Source: a virus
Direction: 5' to 3' (one strand)
DNA: 64,000 nucleotides
Virus record (IMG/VR): IMGVR_UViG_3300042884_001120
Location: 64,001 to 128,000 of that record
Both the position numbers and the translations under genes were made by a program. The notes beneath the pieces were generated by a model. The model was not told where the DNA came from. It made no database searches and saw nothing but the letters and a program-made list of their open reading frames with translations. This document shows, piece after piece, positions 29,901 to 38,876 of the stretch. How positions within the stretch are numbered: position 1 is the first letter of the stretch; each line of letters begins with the position of its first letter.

Positions 29901-32706
29901 AGCGCTTGACATTTGGAATTTGAAAAGCTAGTAGTGTTGCAAAACTTGTAAGTTGCGCGCCAACAGCTGTAACAGTTGAACTAATACTAGTACCATCTCC
30001 CTCTGCAAAATTTGGTATATATCCCTTTGCATAACCACGATTTGACATCGCGCGTTTATCGGCTGAGGTAGAGCCCTCGTCTCGCTTGTTAAACACGCCA
30101 ACACCCATTGGATTACTAGAATTTACTAGCTCTGGATATTGTCTGGTATATATGCCGCTCTTCGGTACTCCAGCGCCAATTTCGCGTGATATTGATTCGT
30201 TTAAGGCATTTGCAAAGTTAGGAATATAGCCACTTGCAAATCCGGGCTTTCTTCTTGCTGGCTTACCGGGTGCTTTTCTTTTCGTTCGCTGTTCGGCACT
30301 GCTTCCAAGTATGGCATCTCTACCACCCCTTTCTTTAATAACTTTATCAGCAAAACTTAAAAGATTACCAGAAGATGCGGATACTTTAAAATCAGCAAGA
30401 TTTCCAGCATAACCAAATAATTGTTTTAATTTATCAGCGTTTTGTCCACCCCTTACGTCAAAATCTCCCATATTTGCTGTAGATTTTGCCGCTATATAAT
30501 CTAACGATTTAGATATAGCAACTTCAAACGCAGACCCAACAAAACCCTGTAAAGCGCCATAAGCACCCCTAGACCCACCATCTTTTTCACTTAAAAAACT
30601 CTGACTCAGAACTGATTCATCAACACCCTGACCAAGTGGTTGTAAAGTTTTTATATAATCAGCAACTGTCTGTAATCCTTGTTTTTTTATCAACTCATTT
30701 AAATTACCAGCTGGTTTTACTGCGCCCTTTTTATATCCACGGACTGGTATATCCGTTACTAATATATCTCTATTATTTTTTCCAACTGAACTTGCGTTCG
30801 GAAATGTTCCATATTCTGGAACTAACACGCTTGCATTAGAGTTTATACTAGTTTTTGCATTAGATTCTGCAAAATTAGGAATATATCCACGACCATACAT
30901 TGGAATAACAGCAGAATCACCATTTTTACCAAATCTTGGTATTTCCACTTCTTCACTATTCTTAATAAATTTCTTACCACCAATAGTTCCTCTACTTAAT
31001 TGCGCCCTTGGGTTTTTAGCACCTAATGCTTTAGCTTGCGCTTCTTCCATTGCGTACTGATCAGCAAAATTTGGAATATAACCAGCGGCTTTCGTAGTTA
31101 CTGGGACTTGACTGCCCTTTGGAACTCTAACACCAGCGCCAAATAAATTTTTTGATATTTGGGAAGTTAATGCGGCCTGTTGCTGCATTTGTGTAGTTTG
31201 TTGCTGAAGAACTGTTAATAAAACCTGAGAAGCCTGATTGACACTCATTGCCCCACTCGCCATTTGTTGATACAGCTGTGGATTTTTTGCTAATATTGCA
31301 GAAATACTAGCTTGAATACCTTGCTGTTGAGATGCCGTTGCGTTTAAACCTAGCAACTCCTTCACACTTCCTGCTGAAAATTTTGCGAAGTCTCCAAAAA
31401 GTTTTAACAAAACACCACCAACAAGTGCCAAACCGGGACCAGCGATAATATCTCCTAGCCCCTTTAAGATGCCATTTCCAATTTTGCCGCCAACACTTTC
31501 GCTATCTACATTATTTAAAGACTCTAATAAACTATTTCCTCCACCAACTAAATTTTCTAGCGCTGGGCCAAAAAGAGACTCTCCAGATTTTGCGGCAAAC
31601 TGGGTTGCATTTTGCTTTAGGGCGTTAACTTGCGCAGCTAAAGTTTTGTTTAATTGATCATTTCTTGTAATCGCCTCGTTTGTCGCAGTAGAAGATATTT
31701 GAACTGCGTTATTATAAACAGAATACTCTTTACCCAAATCAGATAGGGCAGCTTTTAAAATGTTAATCTGGAAAACACCACCGACAGCTTCAGCAACCGA
31801 AGCCTGTTGTTGAGAGCCAAGAGTATCATAAACCTTTCCAAGATCTTTTAATAAATCAATAGTTGATCTTAGTTGTCCACTAGCATCCGTAGTTTCGATA
31901 CCGAGACTACCAAGTAAGTCAACAACCTTACCACGCTGAAGCCTTGTAAAAATTGTCTTAAACGAGTTACCAATAACTGCACCACCACGGGCAGTTGTCT
32001 GCTGTGCAGAGGTAACCAAACCAATAAGTTCATCTAACTGAACACCAGATTGAGAAGCACTGCTACCAACACGACTAATTGCTTCTGCCAAGTCAGCGGA
32101 ACTAACCGCGAACGCCGCATCAACTGTTGCAAACTTATTAACTATTTGCGTTGCAGTTACAGACTGAGAGGCGAAACTGTTAACAGCTGCCGTTAATGCC
32201 TCAACGCTCTTTACTGTATCTAAACCGCTTAATCTTGCTAAAATCAGGGCCTCGCTTGTACGTTTTAGCGTCTCCTCTACACCAAGGCCCTGACGTGAAA
32301 ATTCTGTAGCGGCCTTTGCGACTTCCGCAAACGACTGGCCGGTATTTTTTGCAACATTAAAAAGAGAATCGCCAAATTTAGCTATTTGTTTATCAGATAC
32401 ATTTAAAATTACATTAATATCTGCAAGAGATTTCTCTACTTCAATCGTAGATGTTATTAATGATTCGAAAGCCTTATTTAAACCATATAAAATAGTTGCA
32501 CTAGCACCGAAAGCAACAACACGCGCGTTTGCCGCATCCAAGGATTTATTAAATTCAGAAAGCTGTCCAGTAATTCTACCTAATGGCTGGTTGCCCTTAG
32601 TGCTTAAATTTAAATTAAGATTATACTGTTGATTAACTAGTTTTTGTATCGCAGCATATGCTGGAGATACATTAGCATTAATATTAACTGTTGCTTGTGC
32701 GGGCAT
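26917..32706 (-). CDS. Tail tape measure protein (TP901-type core) with internal GYIPNFA-delimited cassette
   Basis: 1929 aa, Ala/Gln-rich helical; AATEFSRQG...TARGGAVIGNSFKTIFTRL TMP core; hydrophobic segments; follows chaperones and tail tube. Confidence 0.92.
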   Translation of the reverse strand: MPAQATVNINANVSPAYAAIQKLVNQQYNLNLNLSTKGNQPLGRITGQLSEFNKSLDAANARVVAFGASATILYGLNKAFESLITSTIEVEKSLADINVILNVSDKQIAKFGDSLFNVAKNTGQSFAEVAKAATEFSRQGLGVEETLKRTSEALILARLSGLDTVKSVEALTAAVNSFASQSVTATQIVNKFATVDAAFAVSSADLAEAISRVGSSASQSGVQLDELIGLVTSAQQTTARGGAVIGNSFKTIFTRLQRGKVVDLLGSLGIETTDASGQLRSTIDLLKDLGKVYDTLGSQQQASVAEAVGGVFQINILKAALSDLGKEYSVYNNAVQISSTATNEAITRNDQLNKTLAAQVNALKQNATQFAAKSGESLFGPALENLVGGGNSLLESLNNVDSESVGGKIGNGILKGLGDIIAGPGLALVGGVLLKLFGDFAKFSAGSVKELLGLNATASQQQGIQASISAILAKNPQLYQQMASGAMSVNQASQVLLTVLQQQTTQMQQQAALTSQISKNLFGAGVRVPKGSQVPVTTKAAGYIPNFADQYAMEEAQAKALGAKNPRAQLSRGTIGGKKFIKNSEEVEIPRFGKNGDSAVIPMYGRGYIPNFAESNAKTSINSNASVLVPEYGTFPNASSVGKNNRDILVTDIPVRGYKKGAVKPAGNLNELIKKQGLQTVADYIKTLQPLGQGVDESVLSQSFLSEKDGGSRGAYGALQGFVGSAFEVAISKSLDYIAAKSTANMGDFDVRGGQNADKLKQLFGYAGNLADFKVSASSGNLLSFADKVIKERGGRDAILGSSAEQRTKRKAPGKPARRKPGFASGYIPNFANALNESISREIGAGVPKSGIYTRQYPELVNSSNPMGVGVFNKRDEGSTSADKRAMSNRGYAKGYIPNFAEGDGTSISSTVTAVGAQLTSFATLLAFQIPNVKRSYQEEIATRKAALIQVTTEEISQRREAAKQLSATQTQERNQLAQEIKDRRAKLKTIQAGGAETLSRGARNASRLQAGAGAAGTALAFAPIIAETVASSIDTTNKEGRVKSAAVTGIGTALSAAGTGALVGSALGPVGTAIGGALGLAVGGLTAWTKALNESRTNLPELQASTKKTSEEQSRLAEVTQAVLPKLEQLQELRQGGNAGSREAVALEKEIRAIASNASPEAQKAISAGGLDFAKTQKNLTDVLKTLSDRLAKQGAAVQSTSIAEAAIGGKINKEQFGAQISKQAISGKTDAELKAMGDELSSATIDLSKLRGALGLTEEQAGKLEQQFGNSWQSFAQDLAKAISEEKRIRLDGARNTAKGFVDRNQAAVKALQDFENKLKKVISSMDIATRTSIATSGAEFASDFKRTKSTGQVDILEALGFEKAASNLKTKNIYQDTIGAQQTKSAADIDEAIKQSLNTAFEKAIPTATGVKDFSQYNDIRGQLGDLSGVTGNQDFSKKIQDISAKIGSVKTNTIQGPLGPLEQYDTEGMISALKENGVKDEEQLNKLRETFNSNNKLLFAAQKDAATKTVQRLDELIKVTIQEMDKLGGTMDQMFNDGGMGDNSVSDKFTEATDNFIAVQKDTTATDEQRGQAASDWIKAYQATGGTIDTSNPMYQMAVESMAKIGQKQQASIEANLAKVGLDPAMAARTVRQTTGALTSEQGLMEAAKVKAGIAFKPTDANIQSARVEQLRGKQSDIISKLGPEGAALSATYGAATEEVNKIPDGIRSLGDVFTTQIGMSNGYLSNMVSILGGLAGQGAQLPGMAAQEVQKGGDLSTIFNPAVGMNSAALMGGRNLLESAPNQMYRERFTMPDAALESQRAQTLPGSPLANPYQGMMLSTQGEMDVIQRQKEETQRNMTQAQAGESSLSFNSPITIAINAASQAQGQQIQQELQGVDQEIIDVIQGRLAKVEAIAAATVTKDPSLNPPPKKPKPLFNVLGLNIT

Positions 32707-32745
32707 ACCTTGTTCCGAGTATTTTTACTCACACTTATTTACACT

Positions 32746-33765
32746 TTACAACTTATCGCGCGCATTAAGATATTCGGATTTTTCGAGTGTACCGCCACTT
32801 TCTTCGGCCAACTGTAATAAACTTTTGCCGCCAATTTTTTCAACCTTTACTCCCAAGTCCTTTAAATCTGATTGCGTGGCGCCAACATGACCAGTTACTC
32901 TGGTAGAACTATTTTTTAAGTTTTGTTTACTTTTTGCGCTAGAACCACTAGATTGTGAATCCACCCAAGACACAAGCCTTTCTGGATCAGACAGTATTTC
33001 ATCATTGATCGGTTTGCCACCCTCAGCAGAATTTTGTATTATATTTTTAAACATTTTACCATAAATAAGTAAATCTATTTGATACTTTGTACAAAGAGCC
33101 GTCGCCTTACCCCAAAAATTCATGGGAATACAGTCTGTAATATAAATTAAATTTTGAAAAAACATACAAGCAGATACTAACCTGATATTTTCTAGACTTA
33201 ATCTTGATATATGTCCATTAAAACCCGTCCGTATATCCTCCACAACGTCTTCAGATAAATAATAATAATCATTCTCTGACTCGAACACCCTTTCTGTCAA
33301 ACCTTCGTTTTTATAGGTTAATTTCAAGATTGTTTCATCATAAAATTTATCGTTAGCATACTTCTCCAAAGTATAGCCCACAACCTCATTTCTTTGCTTA
33401 TGATAAGTAAGTAAGACCCTCTCATTTCTAACTATCTGTTTTTGAATATCTTCTTTTTGCGATTTATATAATAACTTTTCTTTTGTTTTATGTAGGTTTT
33501 TAACAGTCTTTTTTAAGAAATCTATGGTAACTTCGTTTTGTGACGACCACCACCCTTCAGCAATAGCTCTTTCTAACTTCTCCGCTTCTGTCTCTAGGCC
33601 ACGATTTTTTGCATCTTGATATATTATATCATACCTATCATATATACTAAAGTGCTCGGCTTGACTTGGGTGTTTAAAGAAATAGTCTATACCATTTATC
33701 GTTTTCTTGGAAAACCCACAGGCTATTTCATTATAAATCCTGCCGTACTCTGTAGATTTATCCAC
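32746..33765 (-). CDS. Putative tail assembly chaperone 2
   Basis: Position directly before the TMP; helical; GTG start. Confidence 0.5.
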   Translation of the reverse strand: MDKSTEYGRIYNEIACGFSKKTINGIDYFFKHPSQAEHFSIYDRYDIIYQDAKNRGLETEAEKLERAIAEGWWSSQNEVTIDFLKKTVKNLHKTKEKLLYKSQKEDIQKQIVRNERVLLTYHKQRNEVVGYTLEKYANDKFYDETILKLTYKNEGLTERVFESENDYYYLSEDVVEDIRTGFNGHISRLSLENIRLVSACMFFQNLIYITDCIPMNFWGKATALCTKYQIDLLIYGKMFKNIIQNSAEGGKPINDEILSDPERLVSWVDSQSSGSSAKSKQNLKNSSTRVTGHVGATQSDLKDLGVKVEKIGGKSLLQLAEESGGTLEKSEYLNARDKL

Positions 33766-33770
33766 ATCGC

Positions 33771-34532
33771 TTAAGAGTTACCTTCAGGGGTGGTATTTTC
33801 CAACTCCTTAGTTTCGGTTTTATCTGGCTGTTTATTAGCGGCCTCATCTAGTTGCTTGAAGTCTTCTTCGGTTTCTGCGCGGCCTAGGAACCATAAAGTA
33901 ATTAGGTAAGAAACACGTCTAATTGATGATTGTAATGCCTCGTCGTCGGACTCTTCAATCTCATCATATCTATCAAGATTTTCATCTAACGTATTCTTGT
34001 CAAAGAATTTAGCAAAATCAGTGCCCTTTTCTTGATAAAGTAGATTTGTAATCCACCATAGGATAGTGCGATTTCTAGCCTTTGCTTCGGCAGTGTTTTC
34101 AAAAATATTAATCTGCGCGCTTTCAAAAGATTGAATTTGCCTTCTAACCTCATCTAATTCTGTTGTTAGTTTATTTAATAATTGCTTGTCTTCTTCCGTA
34201 CGAACACCATCGGTCTTAATCAAAAGAGACTGAATGTCAAAAGTCTTATCACGAAATGCGGTTAATAGTTCTCCATATACTTCCCTATCTTGCTCGCTTA
34301 TGCTTCCACCACCATTTGACAAAATTGTATTCCAAGCGGCCTTTGGTAAAACGCCAGCTTTTGCAAACCTAGAAACTTCACTAGCAAAAAATAATTCGCC
34401 ATCCTCACGCAGTCTCCTATTTGGTTTAAGTAGAGCAAAATTTAAAACTTCCTTATTAGAGGTTCCGTCCGAGTTTTTTACTTCTTTTTCGGTACTAAAT
34501 TTATAATACCATTTCTTGTTATTTTGTTGCAT
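33771..34532 (-). CDS. Putative tail assembly chaperone 1
   Basis: Position between tail tube and TMP; coiled coil. Confidence 0.5.
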   Translation of the reverse strand: MQQNNKKWYYKFSTEKEVKNSDGTSNKEVLNFALLKPNRRLREDGELFFASEVSRFAKAGVLPKAAWNTILSNGGGSISEQDREVYGELLTAFRDKTFDIQSLLIKTDGVRTEEDKQLLNKLTTELDEVRRQIQSFESAQINIFENTAEAKARNRTILWWITNLLYQEKGTDFAKFFDKNTLDENLDRYDEIEESDDEALQSSIRRVSYLITLWFLGRAETEEDFKQLDEAANKQPDKTETKELENTTPEGNS

Positions 34533-34540
34533 ATAATATA

Positions 34541-34765
34541 TTATTTCTGCTTGAATGTGAAATCAAAATTATCTAACTGTTCTTCCATATTACGAATGCA
34601 GTTATTTCCATAATCTAATATACGCTTTCTGGTATATTGAAAATCTTCTTCACTTATCTTATCTTTATTTTTTAAATCTTCTATTGTGTATAGAAGTGAC
34701 AAGTAAAGTTTCTTAACCTCACGTGAGGTCGCGCCAATGACAAAATTATTAATATCAAAACTCAT
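34541..34765 (-). CDS. Hypothetical protein
   Basis: 74-aa ORF with own GTGTAA motif (34802-34807). Confidence 0.65.
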   Translation of the reverse strand: MSFDINNFVIGATSREVKKLYLSLLYTIEDLKNKDKISEEDFQYTRKRILDYGNNCIRNMEEQLDNFDFTFKQK

Positions 34766-34811
34766 CCTTTTACCTTTGTTACCTTATTATACCAAATATA
34801 ATTACACCTAT

Positions 34812-34847
34812 AAAAAAATAATGGGCACCTTTTACGGTGCCCATTAT
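34812..34847 (-). terminator. Rho-independent terminator after major tail gene
   Basis: 12-bp stem ATAATGGGCACC/GGTGCCCATTAT followed by a T-run on the minus strand. Confidence 0.85.
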
Positions 34848-34870
34848 AATTATAGTTTAATTTTTATTAA

Positions 34871-35962
34871 TTAAAGGTAACTTCCAGAGATGAAAACGCC
34901 CCTATTTAAGTCTTGAGGACCACCAATCTGCACCTGATACTCTGCACTAAATGTGGCATTATCACCAATCGAAGTGGAAATTGATTGAGAATTTACTTTA
35001 GCTCCCTTTAGGGTATAAGCTAGAGAAGGTGTCCCCAAAGCTCCACATGCTGGCTTTCTCATAATAACAGATAAGTCAAAAGTTCCAGTCTGACAGATCA
35101 TATCTGCTAAATTACCATCCTGTAAATCTCCAAGAATTGCTTCTACAGAAAGAGTAGCCTGTACTGGGAAATCAATTTCACGAGAGAAGGCGAATCTATT
35201 ACCCAGTTTCTGTAATGGAGTTCTACCTAGGTCAAAGGCTAATGAAAAACTCTGAACCTTTAAGTCGTCGATATTAACACCAGTTAAACCATCAATATTT
35301 AAAGTAATATCTCCGGGCTGTAGTGCTGTTACTTGTGAGGCATTATCATTAGTGCTTGCAACTGGCAACTTGAAAAACGATCCTGTAACTGGCTGACCAT
35401 TAGCTGCATTAATAGCTGGAATTACAGTTGATGCAGTAATATCTGAATAAACTCTAATATTTAGGGCCTCTAAGTCAACACTGGTAGTTGGGATATCACC
35501 CACGGCACCTTCTACGGAATAGGAGGTAATGAAAGCATTTCCAACACCTATAACTCCACTGCGTGTTCCAGCATACCCAACGGCATCATTTCCTTCGTCA
35601 GCAATCAAGAGGAAGTAATTCTTTTCGTCACTTGTCTTGTTCAAGATACCCGATAAGCAAGAAACTGCTGTCTGCGAACCGGTTGTTACAGTTAATCCAA
35701 GATATTTTTCATTACTGCCATCTGTAGGATAGTAACTGAAACTAGAACTTACGGTTGGTGCTTCAACTTCAACACGGTCTATAGCAGCAAGATTTCCATA
35801 TTGGTTAACATCAGTGAAGTTTCTTGAAAAGTCTTCATCAAAAGATTGAACACGAGTTAGTTGCTTGATAGTACCAACTCCAGTATGTTGACCTGTAGCG
35901 CTACCAGTAACTTGCCCCGCAAAGAGTGATAACACATTATATATTGTACGATTTCTTGGCAT
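34871..35962 (-). CDS. Major tail tube protein
   Basis: MPRNR start, RVQS motifs in two similar halves, strong terminator downstream, synteny. Confidence 0.75.
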   Translation of the reverse strand: MPRNRTIYNVLSLFAGQVTGSATGQHTGVGTIKQLTRVQSFDEDFSRNFTDVNQYGNLAAIDRVEVEAPTVSSSFSYYPTDGSNEKYLGLTVTTGSQTAVSCLSGILNKTSDEKNYFLLIADEGNDAVGYAGTRSGVIGVGNAFITSYSVEGAVGDIPTTSVDLEALNIRVYSDITASTVIPAINAANGQPVTGSFFKLPVASTNDNASQVTALQPGDITLNIDGLTGVNIDDLKVQSFSLAFDLGRTPLQKLGNRFAFSREIDFPVQATLSVEAILGDLQDGNLADMICQTGTFDLSVIMRKPACGALGTPSLAYTLKGAKVNSQSISTSIGDNATFSAEYQVQIGGPQDLNRGVFISGSYL

Positions 35963-36020
35963 AAAGTTTTAAAAGGTTACTATTAATTACATTCATCTAC
36001 CTAAAATAGACACTATAGAA

Positions 36021-36875
36021 TTAATTAAATCTTGGGGTTCTTACGTCAGATAGCTCGAAGTCAACGATTGCCGCCACTAACTTGCTATTCATTTTTTTAT
36101 TTTCTGTTTCAGACAATCTAGAAACAGTCACCCTATCCACGTAAACCCAATCATTTTGTCCAGTACATAAATCAAAATAATTATAACTAGATAATCCAGA
36201 TTTTAAATCTCCATATATATTATATGGTAATTTTTGCGGTGATACTAGTGGGAATGTTTTTCTAGCACTATCCGCCATAATAGAAATTGCACCATCTAGC
36301 GAATATATGTTCTCCGCCAAAATAACACACCTCATAGAACTCATCGTATTATCCTGCCCACCAAAAGCAAATGGTTTATTTTGAATACTTGTATTCTTAA
36401 AGAATATACAGGGATATGGATCATCATTCCAAGCTAATGCACCAGTAACTCTAGTTACTTTTGGCATTGGATCATATCTTTTTTCAAATAGTAAGTTTTC
36501 TTCTTTTTCATCTGTATAGTACAGATTGAATTCCTTAAAAGAATAGGCAATAGATAAGTTTTGTAAATTTTGAGATACCGTATTATTAAATAACACTCTT
36601 CCTCTATTAAAATCTAAAGCAGTTCCACTTATCCCCCTAGGAATAAAAGTGCCATTTGAAAAAACGCCGCTAGGAATCAATGCGTTCTGTACACTAGTGT
36701 CTAGAACCCACTGCTTAAAAGGTGAGCCATAAATTGTATTTTGTGAAAAAGTTGGGTCTTGAGATAAATATAACTTACCACTAAAATTCTGAAAGGCCTC
36801 TCCCTTATAAAGCATTTCATGGTCTAACCATAAATAAAAACTAGATGTTAAACTATTTAAATAAGTAGGTTTCAT
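36021..36875 (-). CDS. Putative tail terminator/completion protein
   Basis: YPCIF...PFAFGG motif; directly upstream of the tail tube. Confidence 0.55.
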   Translation of the reverse strand: MKPTYLNSLTSSFYLWLDHEMLYKGEAFQNFSGKLYLSQDPTFSQNTIYGSPFKQWVLDTSVQNALIPSGVFSNGTFIPRGISGTALDFNRGRVLFNNTVSQNLQNLSIAYSFKEFNLYYTDEKEENLLFEKRYDPMPKVTRVTGALAWNDDPYPCIFFKNTSIQNKPFAFGGQDNTMSSMRCVILAENIYSLDGAISIMADSARKTFPLVSPQKLPYNIYGDLKSGLSSYNYFDLCTGQNDWVYVDRVTVSRLSETENKKMNSKLVAAIVDFELSDVRTPRFN

Positions 36876-37450
36876 TTTAGTCTTTTTACGAAGTTTTCAA
36901 GCATACTAGAAAAGTATGGCACGGGCTTAAAACCCGTACTCCTTACACTTTTTTCGGATTGTGCTCCAGAGCCAGATCTTGATTTATTATATTTACCATA
37001 AAGATACTGACCCAAGCCAGATATTGATCTTTCTACATCATACAACCAACTCCTACCAGCCTCCCAAGGCATTTTAGTAACCGCTTCAAACTCTGACTTT
37101 GCAGGAATTTTAACGGCAAAAGTAAATATACCACTATCACTCGCCTTGAGGAATTTGCCCAATGTTATTTGACTTATTAGTTCACGAACTGGTTGTACGG
37201 GATTTGATTCTCTATTAAAACCTATAAATGAAAATAAATTTCCTATCCCACCCAAAGTGCCCGAAGAATTTGAAGTATCTGGGCCAGCCTGAATTTCCTT
37301 TGTAACTGGATGATCATTAAAGTCTTTTTGTAAATTGTTTTTATTTTCTGCAACAATTTTCTCTGCTTGTGTCTGTATATATGCCCTAAGTTCCTTATCG
37401 GAAAAAATTTCCCTATTAAGTTGCTTGAGATTTATCGTACCCTTTGCCAT
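36872..37450 (-). CDS. Putative neck/tail completion protein
   Basis: Synteny; GNLFSFIGF, PWE motifs. Confidence 0.5.
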   Translation of the reverse strand: MAKGTINLKQLNREIFSDKELRAYIQTQAEKIVAENKNNLQKDFNDHPVTKEIQAGPDTSNSSGTLGGIGNLFSFIGFNRESNPVQPVRELISQITLGKFLKASDSGIFTFAVKIPAKSEFEAVTKMPWEAGRSWLYDVERSISGLGQYLYGKYNKSRSGSGAQSEKSVRSTGFKPVPYFSSMLENFVKRLK

Positions 37451-37887
37451 TATAGTGACTCCTCTAAATATAAAGTATAGAAATCACCAGTAAATAGACC
37501 ATGTGATTTACCTATTTTATTTGCACTAACTAAACTAAATGCCCTGCCATCTATTTCTATTTTTTCCGCACCACTTATATAGGCAACAGCATCGGCCTGA
37601 ACTTTGATTCTGCAAGTATTTCCAAGTATGTTTTCTCTTATATCTTTTTGGTCGTGTGTAATAGCTTGGTCACTCCACTTTATGCGCGCATTAAAGATGC
37701 CACTTGATGGAACAAAAGACTGGTCAATATCTGGCTGTTCTTGATATAAAAAATTATAGTTTTGAGTTGTGGATATAATTGTCCTATTTGGTATTTTCCA
37801 TACGATAATAGGCCTAGAAAAAGTATCATGTATATTAACAAATACTTGACTATATGCATTTTTTTCGCCCAGTGTTAATAAATCCAT
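37450..37887 (-). CDS. Putative head closure (stopper) protein
   Basis: Size, beta-rich, IEIDGRAF motif, synteny. Confidence 0.5.
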   Translation of the reverse strand: MDLLTLGEKNAYSQVFVNIHDTFSRPIIVWKIPNRTIISTTQNYNFLYQEQPDIDQSFVPSSGIFNARIKWSDQAITHDQKDIRENILGNTCRIKVQADAVAYISGAEKIEIDGRAFSLVSANKIGKSHGLFTGDFYTLYLEESL

Positions 37888-37888
37888 A

Positions 37889-38428
37889 CTAATATAATTC
37901 CCTATAATAATTTCTATTATATTCTACAATAACATAATTATTTAAAGCCACTGTATCGTCCCCAACCACCTGATTTGGAGTAGCTTCATACTTTAGATAC
38001 ATTTTTACAGATTTATCTAAATTCTGCTTGGTGTCGGACGCAATACCCCTGAGAGTTTTACTGACTTCATTTTTATTTACGCGACTTATTCTACTATCTC
38101 CCTCCGCAAGCGATGTCCAGTCTCCAGCCGCTGTGCTAGCGCTAATTGCCGTGTCTCTAGCCAGTTGTGAATAATAATTATATTCAAATACTAAAGAATA
38201 AATTGCTAACTCATTATTGCCCGGCTGTGGGGTTATTGCATATCCAGTTACCCCAGTTACTCCAGTTATATATTCTGAAATATAATTTGTCCCAATTAGG
38301 TTATTTAGTTTACCTAAATTTGAATTATCCAACACCCATCCACTTACTCTACTTAAAGAATAAGCGGTAGGTTCCCCAATCTGCCCATAAATACTATTTA
38401 CAAAGTTGTCTAAATAATTATTGCTCAC
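37889..38428 (-). CDS. Putative head-tail adaptor
   Basis: Helical with SLAEGDSRISR hairpin motif; synteny. Confidence 0.55.
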   Translation of the reverse strand: MSNNYLDNFVNSIYGQIGEPTAYSLSRVSGWVLDNSNLGKLNNLIGTNYISEYITGVTGVTGYAITPQPGNNELAIYSLVFEYNYYSQLARDTAISASTAAGDWTSLAEGDSRISRVNKNEVSKTLRGIASDTKQNLDKSVKMYLKYEATPNQVVGDDTVALNNYVIVEYNRNYYRELY

Positions 38429-38457
38429 ATACTATTTTACACATAATATCGTTGCAA

Positions 38458-38832
38458 TCACGCACCTTCTCTAAGTATCTTTTGCGCTCTTTGGTTAATA
38501 TCGTTAATTGTCTTAGATAGCCCACCAATATCGTGTGGAGTCATACGAGTATTCCAGCGTTCAAATTCCGTACATAGCCTTGAAATTAAAACCCTGCGAT
38601 CTTCTATTGGAACTAATCCAATTTTATAGGCATGAGTCTGCAAATCTGTTTGATTCATTTCGGAAATCTGATTTTTATAATCTTCTATATTTGTAACTGA
38701 ATACAAGGACAAGCACTCACCCATAATCGAATCTAAAGAACCAGCAATCTGAACTTGTGGTTTCTCATCGCACTTTCCATCTAGTTGTGCCTGTTTATCT
38801 AGTTTTACGGAGTTCTTTTTAGTTTTGCTCAT
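38458..38832 (-). CDS. Hypothetical protein
   Basis: Likely start ATG 38832 (MSKTKK). Confidence 0.6.
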   Translation of the reverse strand: MSKTKKNSVKLDKQAQLDGKCDEKPQVQIAGSLDSIMGECLSLYSVTNIEDYKNQISEMNQTDLQTHAYKIGLVPIEDRRVLISRLCTEFERWNTRMTPHDIGGLSKTINDINQRAQKILREGA

Positions 38833-38876
38833 ATATATTATTAACTGATTAATATTAATTATCAATTTTAATTACA

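Noticed and set aside
30004-31083. Classical intein in the TMP
   Set aside because: No N-terminal Cys/Ser block A, no His-Asn terminus, no LAGLIDADG motifs.
27323-31657. Many plus-strand ORFs opposite the TMP (and similar ones opposite other long genes)
   Set aside because: Antisense shadow ORFs with no promoter or motif support.
33740-33860. Programmed frameshift between the two tail chaperone genes
   Set aside because: No clear XXXYYYZ slippery site near the first gene's end; the second gene has its own GTG start 5 nt after the stop.
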